From positions 1-22,151 of the forward strand of contig JBIOXB010000178.1 in assembly GCA_044869275.1 (NCBI GenBank): 22,151 nucleotides of DNA. Reading direction: 5' to 3'. The DNA comes from a bacterium. GTDB lineage: Bacteria > Zhuqueibacterota > Zhuqueibacteria > Zhuqueibacterales > Zhuqueibacteraceae. The notes beneath the pieces were generated by a model that searched no databases, was not told the origin of the DNA, and saw nothing but the letters and a program-made list of their open reading frames with translations. Position 1 is the first letter of the stretch. Each line of letters begins with the position of its first letter. Below are positions 9,063-17,992 of this stretch, in pieces. The position numbers were made by a program, and so were the translations under genes.

Positions 9063-9263
9063 TGTCATTCTGAAATCCCGAAGCGTCGGGATTGGTGGCA
9101 TTGCGCCCCGTGCTCATGCGCCACAGGATTCAGACTGTGTGAAAACGCTTGGTTTCAACGCTGGCTGAGCTTGTCGAAGCCGGATTTTTGAACTTAGCAC
9201 CCTTCGACAAGCTCAGGGTGCGGCATTCTCAAGTTTTCACACAGTCTGATTCCTTCTGAATGA
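9063..9263. repeat. TGTCATTC-family repeat interrupted by a nested insertion
   Basis: Left arm tgtcattctgaa (9063) and right arm gattccttctgaatga (9248-9263). Contains the palindrome aatcccga-agcg-tcgggatt (9074-9093) and the MITE at 9132-9247. Confidence 0.6.
9132..9247. mobile_element. 116-bp MITE-like non-autonomous element
   Basis: Perfect 15-bp TIR agactgtgtgaaaac / gttttcacacagtct. Flanking 5-bp direct repeat GATTC (9127-9131, 9248-9252). Internal perfect 15-bp IR ctgagcttgtcgaag (9165-9179) / cttcgacaagctcag (9202-9216). Confidence 0.8.
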
Positions 9264-9346
9264 GCCGGCGAAGATGTTTGAGAATAAGATTTTCAAAAAG
9301 TTCTTGCTCTGCTTGTTTGAGGTTGAATGCCATTGGAGTCGCTTGC

Positions 9347-11956
9347 ATGCGCATCTTACGGAGCATTGTTTTCATTTTCTCCCTTTTCTTCTTCGGGTAG
9401 GTACGAGGCCAGGATCGAAAAGTCGATTTCCGTTTTTCACCCGCACGCCATTACTCCGCCATCTGCCTGCCGTATGACTGGGTGAAGACGGTGGTCACGA
9501 CGCGAGGCGGTTTGGGCTATGATTTTGGTCCGGGTGGCCCGTATTCCGTGCCAATGACGGAAATTAGTTTTGGTGTGAAAGATACTTTGTTGCCTGTTGC
9601 CCGGCAGTATTTCGAAGATGCGCGTGTGCCCATTGCCGTGACTGAATTTGGCGATCGTGATCTGCGCATGCGGCAACAAGCTTTCGCTCTCGTTCCGGAA
9701 CAACCTTATCAGCCCGCCAGCGATTATGATGATGGCACGGTGCGCCGCTTGCATGGGATTGCCGGCGCTGTTGCCTGGGCGGCTCCGACTGTCGCAGCCG
9801 ATCCTGCTTTCCGCAATGTGGCGTGGGGCACGATTCGTCCGCTGCAATATCGCGTGCGCGTTGCCCGAGGCGCTAAGAAGCAAGTCGCTTTGGGCATTTG
9901 TGAAGGCGGAAAGAACAAAGGCGCGCGTTTGATGGAGCTGCACGTCGAAGGCGCAACGCCGCGGACGATTGACCCGGTGGAAGACAACCAAAAGAATTTC
10001 CCCTATGTTTTTTTATTCGACGGGTACGATGGAAATAACGATGGTGAGCTGGCGATTGAAGTGCATGCCTCACCGCGCAGCCCCGATCCCAATGTCTATC
10101 TAAATGCGTTTTGGATTTTTTCTGAACAGGCACAGGTTTCTGTCGAAGCGATTCTGCGCGGCGCGCTTTCCGCACAGGCCGAAGTTTATTTTGACTGTGG
10201 CCGCGAGATGGAATGGCAAGCGCCAGCGCCGCGCCTGGACGCGTTGCTCGCCGATTTCAGCGGAGAGACTGCTACTCCGACTATCTCTGTAAGCACTCCA
10301 AGAGATCTTGCCTATGATTCAACCACAAGCATGCTCACGGCCGATGGACTTCCCTACTTGCTTTCGCGCCCGGCGGCCGTTGCTGCAACTCGAAAAGACA
10401 AACAATGGCTTTTGGAGCTTCCCGCCGGAACGCAGCATGCCGAGTTGATCGTAGTGCACGGGCGCAAACAGCGCGAGCACATTCGCGCCGTTCCTGATTT
10501 GCTCTCCGCGCGCCGGCGCACGAAAGATTGGTGGAGGACGGCTGCGTCTATCCCTTTTGGGAAAATTGTTCTGCCGGATAGCGGTTTGCAATATTTGCTC
10601 GATGCCAATCTGCGCAACATGTATCAAATTGCCGATATCATTGACGGCGTGCCGCAATTTCAGCCTGGCCCCAGTGTGTATCGCGGCTTGTTTTTGTATG
10701 ATATTCTATTCATGGGCGAACCGCTGGCGATTTTGGGCGATACTGCCACGGTGCGGCGCTTTATCGAAACCGCCCTTCCCTATCAACAGGCGAATGGCCA
10801 AATTCGTGTGATGCAGCCTCATCCCCAGCTTTCCGAAACTGCACTTTTTATTTTCGTGGCAGGCTGGTATGCGGAATTGACCAACAACAAGGCTTGGCTC
10901 GCGCGACACTTTGGACAAATTGAAAGAGGGGTGAGCTGGCTGCAAAAGACCAGGGAACAGACCCTCGCTGATTCCACTGCCAAGAATTTTGGTTTGATGA
11001 CGGCCGGTTTCCTCGATGGTGGCATCGCCGAAATGATCTCGGATTACAGTAGCGTGCTTTTCGCACTCACTGCTCTCGAAAAAGCGATCGCGGCCGCGCA
11101 ATGGCTCGATCAAAAAGCAGAAGCAGAACAATGGCAGCGCTTGCATGATGGGTTCATGTTTTCGTTTCGTCGCGCTGCCCGGCGTGATCTTCGCCGTGAT
11201 CCTCTCGGAAATCTGTACTTGCCGATCACGGTGGCCGACACTTCCATGGCCACACCGCCGCAACGCGGCCAGTGGGGGTTTTTGGTGCCCTTGCGTTATG
11301 GCAGATTTTTTCAGACGAGCGAGGCTTTTGTGGATACGCTCGTCACCGGCAACCTCGCCATGTTGCAGCAAACTCTCAAAGAAGGATTGGTGGTAGACAC
11401 CGGCTGGCTGAAGAATGGCGTTTGGTCGTGGTTTAGCAATATGCACGCATTGACGTGGATTTGGCGGCGCGATTATGACAAGGCCCACGACATGATGTAC
11501 GCCGTCGCGAACCACGCCAATCCTTTTGGCACGTGGGTGGAGGAACAGCACACGCGCGAGGCAGGCACAGGCACCAGTGGTGACATCTCCAACGGCGAAG
11601 CCAGCGCTTATTTTGTGAATCTCGTTCTGCATCTTCTCATGTATGAGAGGGAAAATCAAGTCGAGCTGCTCGCCGGTGTTCCGCGTGATTGGTACCAGCC
11701 GGGAGCAAAGATCGAATTGAAGGAAGTCTTGACTAAATTCGGATCACTTTCGCTGCGGCTGGAGATTTTGCCGCACGGGAAATCCGGCTCCCTCAATCTT
11801 TCTTCACGCCAGAGTCAGCATGTGAAGGGTGAACTGACTTTGTTTCTGACAGGGCTGAAGCAGCAGGGTTATCGCGAATCCCGAGGAAAAATTTTGCCTG
11901 ATACTTTGCTTATCAAATGGGGAGAGAAGTATCAACTCAAATTTGCGAAATACTGA
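9347..11956 (+). CDS. Six-hairpin (alpha/alpha)6 glycosidase-like protein with malectin-like N-terminal module; in-frame TAG at codon 18 (possible pseudogene)
   Basis: GGAG at 9335-9338, then ATG 9347 reads MRILRSIVFIFSLFFFG*VRGQDRKVDFRFSPARHYSAICLPYDWVKT, in frame with the 9482 ORF and colinear with the paralog N-terminus (GQERVVDFRYSPASYLAAICFPDDWQKS). Downstream motifs QPGPSVYRG, FLDGGI, TWVEEQH, ELLAGVP. Confidence 0.7.
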
Positions 11957-11989
11957 AGCTTTGAACGCAACTTAAGTTTGATAAGCTAA

Positions 11990-12163
11990 CCTGTTTAATT
12001 CATAAAATTAAACCGCCGAGACGCCGAGTTCGCGGAGAACATCAAGTTGTCAAATAGCTTTGGTTAGGAGCAGCATCTTCCACACTCCTTAACAAGATCG
12101 GCGTAATCCAAACTTTTTCAACCTCTGCGTGCTCGGCGACTCTGCGGTTATGAATTATTCAGG
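11990..12163. mobile_element. 174-bp MITE-like element
   Basis: TIR cctgtttaattcataa (11990-12005) / ttatgaattattcagg (12148-12163), 14/16 match. Internal IR 12011-12037 vs 12123-12149, 22/27 match, built from 9-nt-period CGC(A/C/G)GAG units. Flanks ctaa/ctga are only an imperfect direct repeat. Confidence 0.7.
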
Positions 12164-12205
12164 CTGAGCGCGTAATTGCGTGCTGATAAAATTCTGTGCC
12201 AGCCT

Positions 12206-14803
12206 ATGCTAAAGCCTATTGCGGTCCTGATGATTGCCAGCCTTTTTCTGGGCACAAATGTTTTCGGCCAGGAGCGCGTGGTGGACTTCCGCTACAGCCC
12301 CGCAAGTTACTTGGCCGCCATCTGTTTCCCAGATGATTGGCAAAAGAGTTTGATCAATGAAAAAGGGGAGCTGGCTAATGATTTCGGCCCCGGTCCTTAC
12401 GTTAAACCGCTCACCACTATCGGGCTTGGCCTCAAAGACAAAGCCCTGGTGATGAGGAAACAGTATTTCGAAAATCCCCGCATTCCCATTGCTGTGACGG
12501 AATGGGCTGGCGATGACGTCGCAATACGACAAGAAACTTTTGCGCTCGTGCCGGAGCCGTCCGCTACAGATACAGGCCGGGCACCGTTGCGTGTAAGAAG
12601 ATTGAATGGCTTGAACGGCGCGATGGGATGGGCCTCGCCTGAAGGCCTCGCCGATCCTGCGTTTCGCGACGTCGCTTGGGGTGTGAATCGCCCGATTCAA
12701 TACCGCGTGCAAGTTGCACCAGGGAGCAAGAAGCGCGTTGCGCTTGGCATTTGTGAATCTTACAAGCCAAGAGCCGGCATGCGCATACTCGAGTTGCGCG
12801 TAGAAGGCGGAGTGCCTCAAATCGTCGATCCGATGGCCGTAGGACGCAAGAACCAGCCGCAGGTAATTTTATTTGATGCTCGAGACGAAAATGCCGATGG
12901 TGAGCTCGCCGTGGAAGTGCATGCCGCGCTCGCGAGTCCCGACCCCAATGTTTTTCTCAATGCCTTTTGGATTTTTCCAGAAAACGCAGCCGTCTCCGCC
13001 GAGCAGGTTCTACGCGGGGAGCTTTCAGCGCAAGCGGAAGTGTATTACCCTTGCGGCCGAGAAAACGAGACACAGGCGCCCACGGTGAGAATCGATGCCC
13101 TGCGCGCCACGATCAAAGGCGACAGCGCAACGCCGCTCATTACGATTCAATCCTCGCGCACTTTTGAGTTTGATGCAAGCACTGGCATTCTCAATTGGAA
13201 TGGATGGCCTTACTTGCTATCCTCTCCGCGCGCCATTGCCGCAAACGCCAATAACGGAAAATGGCTGCTCGAATTCCCCGAGGGTACTCGCCAAGTGGAA
13301 GTCGTCGTGCTGCATGGCAGTTCTCCAGCGACCAGCCTCAAGCGCATGCCGGATCTCCAAGCTGAGGTGCGGCGCGCGACAAAATTTTGGGAAAAGGAAG
13401 CGCGTTTGCCGCAAGAGCGAATTCATGTTCCCGATAGCGGCATTCAAAGCTTGCTGGAAGCCAGCATTCGCAACATGTATCAGATACGGGAAGCGGTGGA
13501 TGGCCGCTTGCAGTTTCAACCCGGACCGAGCGTCTATCGCGGGATGTGGATGCATGATGTCGTTTACACCATCGAGGCGGCTGCGTTTTTGGGAGATCTC
13601 GAAGGCGCGCGCATCGTGTTGGAAAACGTGTTGCGGCTGCAACAGACGGACGGCCAGATTCGAGTGATGGCGCCACATGTCATGTATCGTGAGACGCCTC
13701 TATTAGTCTACTTGATGTGCCGTTATGCCCGCCTGGCGAATGACCCCGCATGGCTCAACAAGTATTGGCTGAATATCAACCGCGGGCTTGCCTGGATCGA
13801 AAACACGCGCCGGCAAACATTCACTAATCAGAATGCTTCCTACTATGGTTTGATGCCGCCGAGCTTTACCGATGGCGGTATTCATGGCGTCAATCCCGAA
13901 TACAGCAGTGTGTATTGGTCGTTGATCGCGATACACCATGCGATTGAGGCCGCGAAGTGGCTTGAACAAGCCGCGGAGGCGCGAGAATGGCAATCGTTCT
14001 TCGATGAATTCATGGCTTCTTTTCGACGCGCGTACGAGCGCGACAAACGGCAAGATGTGCACGGCCATTGGTACCTGCCGATGCGCGTGGCCGATACTTC
14101 CAAAACCGAGGTACCGCAGCGAGGCCAGTGGGCGCCACTGGAAGCCGTGTTTCGCGGCGGCTTTCTCGAGGCAAAGGATGAGCTCGTCACCGGCACGCTT
14201 GCGGTTCTCGAGGACAGCTTGAAGCAAGGCCTCACGGTTAATACGGGCTGGCTGAAGAATGGGGTGTGGCCTTTCTTTGATGCCTTGCGTGGCATGGCAC
14301 AGCTTTGGTGCGGCAACCGCGACCAAGCCGTTGCGGTGCTGTATGCGTTTGCCAATCACGCCTCGCCGTTGGATACTTGGGTGGAGGAGCAGCATCCCCA
14401 GGACGTCGGCAGCCGCACTGCCGGCGATGCTTCGAACGCCAGTGCGAGCGCATTCTATATTGTCTTTCTGAGACGCATGCTGGTGTTGGAGCGTGAATCT
14501 CAGATGGAGTTGCTCGCCGGTGTGCCGGCGGAGTGGTTGATGCCAAATGCAAGAATCGAGCTTGATAATGTGCCCACGGAGTTTGGCCGCCTCACTTTGC
14601 GCGTGCAGATTTCCGAAGATGGCCGCGCTGGGTCGATTTTCATTTCACCGCCACGCGCATCAAAATTCAGCAATCTGCTGCTTGTATTGCACGCGTTCGA
14701 GGAACGCGGCTATGTCATGAAGGATGGCAGCGCATTGCCGGATACCATGCGGCTGGACTCGAACCAAGAGACTACAATTGCGCTAAAAAAAGAAAATCGC
14801 TAG
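12206..14803 (+). CDS. Secreted six-hairpin glycosidase-like protein with malectin-like module; paralog of the upstream gene
   Basis: Signal peptide-like MLKPIAVLMIASLFLGTNVFG-Q. Shares ADPAFRxVAWG, SPDPNVxLNAFWIF, QFQPGPSVYRG, DGGI, PQRGQW, TGWLKNGVW and TWVEEQH with 9347-11956. Confidence 0.7.
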   Translation: MLKPIAVLMIASLFLGTNVFGQERVVDFRYSPASYLAAICFPDDWQKSLINEKGELANDFGPGPYVKPLTTIGLGLKDKALVMRKQYFENPRIPIAVTEWAGDDVAIRQETFALVPEPSATDTGRAPLRVRRLNGLNGAMGWASPEGLADPAFRDVAWGVNRPIQYRVQVAPGSKKRVALGICESYKPRAGMRILELRVEGGVPQIVDPMAVGRKNQPQVILFDARDENADGELAVEVHAALASPDPNVFLNAFWIFPENAAVSAEQVLRGELSAQAEVYYPCGRENETQAPTVRIDALRATIKGDSATPLITIQSSRTFEFDASTGILNWNGWPYLLSSPRAIAANANNGKWLLEFPEGTRQVEVVVLHGSSPATSLKRMPDLQAEVRRATKFWEKEARLPQERIHVPDSGIQSLLEASIRNMYQIREAVDGRLQFQPGPSVYRGMWMHDVVYTIEAAAFLGDLEGARIVLENVLRLQQTDGQIRVMAPHVMYRETPLLVYLMCRYARLANDPAWLNKYWLNINRGLAWIENTRRQTFTNQNASYYGLMPPSFTDGGIHGVNPEYSSVYWSLIAIHHAIEAAKWLEQAAEAREWQSFFDEFMASFRRAYERDKRQDVHGHWYLPMRVADTSKTEVPQRGQWAPLEAVFRGGFLEAKDELVTGTLAVLEDSLKQGLTVNTGWLKNGVWPFFDALRGMAQLWCGNRDQAVAVLYAFANHASPLDTWVEEQHPQDVGSRTAGDASNASASAFYIVFLRRMLVLERESQMELLAGVPAEWLMPNARIELDNVPTEFGRLTLRVQISEDGRAGSIFISPPRASKFSNLLLVLHAFEERGYVMKDGSALPDTMRLDSNQETTIALKKENR

Positions 14804-14804
14804 C

Positions 14805-16133
14805 ATGAATCTCGATCAACTCGAACTGCGCTGGCATACACTTGACGAGCAGATCAAGTCCTGGTGGGATGCCGGCCTTCGGCGTGCACGCGAGCCAGAA
14901 TTGCGCGATCCTGTTCTGAATAAAATCTGGTACGTGGATGAGGAGCATCGCCAGCGCGAGCAACAGGAGGGAGAAGCAGACGTGCCGACTCTGCTGTATC
15001 TGCCATTTCCTTTTGTCTCTCCTGGAGGCAGTGGTGCCGCATTTCCAGAGATGTATTGCTGGGACACTTACTTCATCAATCTTGGCTTGGCCGCGCACGA
15101 GCGATTTGAGGTCATTCACAATCATATTCTCAATCAGCTTTTTTTGATCGAGCGCTACGGTTTTCTGCTCACGGGAAATCGCGTTTATTATTTGAGCCGT
15201 TCGCAAACGCCACTGCACGCTTTGAGCGTGAAGTTGTATTTTGAGCATCATCGTGACCGTGATTTGCTGGCACGCGCGTATCCGGTTTTCAAACGGGAAT
15301 ATCATGAGTATTGGTGCGCCGCGCATCATCGCACGCCCATGGGATTGGCAACGAATCGCGATCTCGCCGATCCTGCGCTTGGCAGCGATCGCCTCGAGCA
15401 ATTCGGTTTGAGCGCCACGCGATTGCGCCCCGAGCTGGCAGCGGAGGCTGAAGTGCACGACTTCACGGCCATCTACGCCGGCGACGTGCGCCAATGTGTT
15501 CCGCTGCAAACCAATTGCGCGTTGGTGCTACATGCCCAAACGCTGGCCTGGATGGCGGGTGAAATCGGCTGGCACGAAGAGTCCCGCGCCTGGCAAGCCG
15601 AAGCCGAGCGCCGCGCCGCATTGATTCGTGAATATTGCTGGAATGACGAACACGGTTTCTTTTTCGAATATCAATACGAACAGCAAAAGCAATTGCCTTT
15701 TTGGTCGTTGGGCGCATATTGGACGATGTGGGCCGGTGTGGCCACAGCAGCACAAGCGGAAAAGTTGGTGAAGCATCTGACCCGTTTCGAGCAAGCTCAC
15801 GGTTTGTCGCAGACCGATCAGCCTTATCCCAGCCCGCACCCGGAGTTCAGCTCGCTGCAATTCAATTACCCGAACGGCTGGCCTCCATTTCAAATCATGG
15901 TAATTGAAGCGTTGGAGGCGTATGGTTATGTCGAAGTTGCACGACGCTTGGCGCGCAAGTTTGTTCAGTTGCAACTCGACTGGTTTGAAAAAACCGGCAC
16001 TCTCTGGGAAAAGTATAATGTCGTGGCCGGCAATCTCGATTGCCCGCGCGAGCGTTATCCCGTGGTACCACTGCATGGCTGGTCTTCGGCAGCGGTGGCG
16101 CATTTGGGAAGAAAGCTATTCAAAGCAATATGA
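14805..16133 (+). CDS. GH37 trehalase-like glycoside hydrolase (divergent motifs)
   Basis: PFVSPGG...FPEMYCWDTYFINLGL, GNRVYYLSRSQTP, QFNYPNGWPPFQ, LWEKYNV and HGWS match the trehalase signature blocks. No signal peptide evident. Confidence 0.8.
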   Translation: MNLDQLELRWHTLDEQIKSWWDAGLRRAREPELRDPVLNKIWYVDEEHRQREQQEGEADVPTLLYLPFPFVSPGGSGAAFPEMYCWDTYFINLGLAAHERFEVIHNHILNQLFLIERYGFLLTGNRVYYLSRSQTPLHALSVKLYFEHHRDRDLLARAYPVFKREYHEYWCAAHHRTPMGLATNRDLADPALGSDRLEQFGLSATRLRPELAAEAEVHDFTAIYAGDVRQCVPLQTNCALVLHAQTLAWMAGEIGWHEESRAWQAEAERRAALIREYCWNDEHGFFFEYQYEQQKQLPFWSLGAYWTMWAGVATAAQAEKLVKHLTRFEQAHGLSQTDQPYPSPHPEFSSLQFNYPNGWPPFQIMVIEALEAYGYVEVARRLARKFVQLQLDWFEKTGTLWEKYNVVAGNLDCPRERYPVVPLHGWSSAAVAHLGRKLFKAI

Positions 16134-16140
16134 GCACGTT

Positions 16141-17295
16141 ATGGAAAAGAGTATCGCACGGTTGACCCCGCGCCAGCGCATTCTCACCGCGATGCGGCGG
16201 CAAACACCTGATCATGTGCCGGTCATGCCGGATATTTCCAATATGATTCCTTGCCGTCTGCTCGGCAAGCCGTTCTGGCAAGTTTATCTGCACGAAGACC
16301 CTCCGCTGGACGAAGCCTATCTGCACGCCATGAAATATTTTGGTATTGATGGATGGTATATCTACGATAATTTGACCATGCGTGAAGATCCGAAGTGGCA
16401 GGAACGCGCGCTCGCGTCTTCCGAGGAGGAACTGCAGGTCGAGCGGTGGCTGGAAACACCCTTCGGCAGACTCGAAGAAGTTGTTTGCTTTCCCCGCGCC
16501 GATCCGCCCTGGCATATGCGCGCCATGATCCAAGACATTGCGCGGGATTTTCCCAAGCTGCGCTGGTACATGGAACAACGCCCACTGGATGACCCGTGCA
16601 AAAATCGCACGAAAATCGGTGAGCTGGGGATCTATGGTTTGGGCTGTGAAACTTTCATGGGCTTTTGGGTCTGGGTGCGCGACGGTGGGTCATTGCAGGC
16701 CCTGCGTGATTTTTATGAACAGCCGGACATGATGCGCCGGGTGCATGAGTTCTACTTGGGCTATGTTGATGATACCATGCGCCGTGTTTTGCCCGAGCGT
16801 CCCGATGAGATTTTGATCAACGGCTCTTCTTCTTCGCTCAGCTTGAGCTCGCCCGCCATCTATCGGGAATACGATTTGCCGGTCATTCAGCGCATTTCCT
16901 CGCTCTGCAAGCAGGCTGGGATCATTTGCCATCAACATACTTGCGGCCGCTCGCGCCTCCTTGTTGAAATCAATTATAACGAAACCGACGTCAACGTCAT
17001 GGAGCCGCTGGAGCGTCCGCCGGGCAGCGATGTTGATCTGGGGGAAGTGAAAAAGCGTTTTGGAGACAAGTTTTGTTTGAAGGGCAATGTCAATACCTTT
17101 GAAACCATGCTCAACGGCACGGTGGCGGAGGTGGTGAGTGAGGCGCGAGCTTGCATCGACGCCGCGGCTGCAGGTGGCGGATTCATTCTCGCGACCGGCG
17201 ATCAATGCGGCCGCGACACGCCGGATGAGAATATCTTTGCGCTGGTGGAAGTGGCGAAGGCGTATGGCCGTTATGCTCCTCCAAACGTCATGTGA
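16141..17295 (+). CDS. Uroporphyrinogen decarboxylase-fold (URO-D / MtaA-CmuA-like) putative methyltransferase 1
   Basis: TPRQRILTAM...PDHVPV N-terminus, HQHTCG (HxC zinc-type motif), LKGNVN, GGGFILATGDQCG...TPDENI. ATG 16141 is 7 nt after the trehalase-like stop; the ORF-track start at 15904 overlaps that gene. Confidence 0.85.
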   Translation: MEKSIARLTPRQRILTAMRRQTPDHVPVMPDISNMIPCRLLGKPFWQVYLHEDPPLDEAYLHAMKYFGIDGWYIYDNLTMREDPKWQERALASSEEELQVERWLETPFGRLEEVVCFPRADPPWHMRAMIQDIARDFPKLRWYMEQRPLDDPCKNRTKIGELGIYGLGCETFMGFWVWVRDGGSLQALRDFYEQPDMMRRVHEFYLGYVDDTMRRVLPERPDEILINGSSSSLSLSSPAIYREYDLPVIQRISSLCKQAGIICHQHTCGRSRLLVEINYNETDVNVMEPLERPPGSDVDLGEVKKRFGDKFCLKGNVNTFETMLNGTVAEVVSEARACIDAAAAGGGFILATGDQCGRDTPDENIFALVEVAKAYGRYAPPNVM

Positions 17296-17341
17296 TTTTC
17301 AAAGATTCTTGTGGGAATTCAATCTTTTTGGGAGCTTCACC

Positions 17342-17992
17342 ATGGATGCTTCACCTGAATTGAGAACGATTGCAGATTTGCTGCAACAGGGCAGCACTTC
17401 TGCCGTCAATAATCTTCTCCAAAAACTTCTCGATGACGGCATCACGCCGCAGACTATTCTGAATGAAGGCTTGATTGCCGGCATGTCGATGGTGGGTGAA
17501 AAAATGCGCTGCGGTGAAATGTATCTTCCCGAAGTTTTACAGTCCGCCAGTGTGATGCAGGCAGCAATGGATATTCTCAAGCCGCATTTGCGCAATAGTG
17601 GCGTGGCGCCGGTTGGTCGCGTTGTGCTCGGCACGGTCAAGGGCGACATGCATGACATCGGCAAGAATCTCGTTGGCATCATGTTGCGTGGCGCCGGTTA
17701 TGAGATCATCGATCTCGGTATCAACACGCCGGCGGAAAAATTTATCGCAGCCATTGAGAACCATCAGCCGCAGGTTTTGGGCATGTCCGCGATGCTGACG
17801 ACCACGATGCAGCAAATGAGAAACACCATCGCAGCGATTGCCGCAGCCCAGCGGCGTGAGCAGGTCAAGATCATCGTCGGCGGCGCCTCGGTTTCGCAGC
17901 GCTTTGCCGACGATATCGGCGCGGACGGCTATGCTAAAGATGCCGTGACCGCGGTCGAAAGAGTGCACGCCTTGCTCGCTGCTCCGGTGTGA
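17342..17992 (+). CDS. Cobalamin-binding corrinoid protein (MtaC/MtbC-like methyl carrier)
   Basis: Cap domain EGLIAGMSMVGEK...YLPEVL; B12-binding motif GTVKGDMHDIGKNLV (DxHxxG), GMSAMLTTT, IIVGGA, IGADGY. GGAG precedes ATG 17342. Confidence 0.95.
   Translation: MDASPELRTIADLLQQGSTSAVNNLLQKLLDDGITPQTILNEGLIAGMSMVGEKMRCGEMYLPEVLQSASVMQAAMDILKPHLRNSGVAPVGRVVLGTVKGDMHDIGKNLVGIMLRGAGYEIIDLGINTPAEKFIAAIENHQPQVLGMSAMLTTTMQQMRNTIAAIAAAQRREQVKIIVGGASVSQRFADDIGADGYAKDAVTAVERVHALLAAPV

Noticed and set aside
9398..9400. Pyrrolysine or amber recoding, suggested by an in-frame TAG near corrinoid genes
   Set aside because: The TAG lies in a signal peptide, not in a methyltransferase. No pyl genes are in the window, the URO-D and corrinoid genes have no internal TAG, and TAG serves as a normal stop at 9044 and 14803.
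9274..9477. 67-aa + strand ORF
   Set aside because: Out-of-frame shadow over the real signal-peptide region starting at 9347; no recognisable motif.
10706..11659. 317-aa minus-strand ORF (and other long antisense ORFs such as 14772-15509 and 19685-20395)
   Set aside because: Fully antisense to well-supported genes, no motifs; expected shadows in GC-rich coding DNA.
15904..16140. Extended N-termini from the ORF track (15904, 17138, 12176, 2677)
   Set aside because: They overlap upstream genes or abut repeats; downstream ATGs match the family N-termini better.
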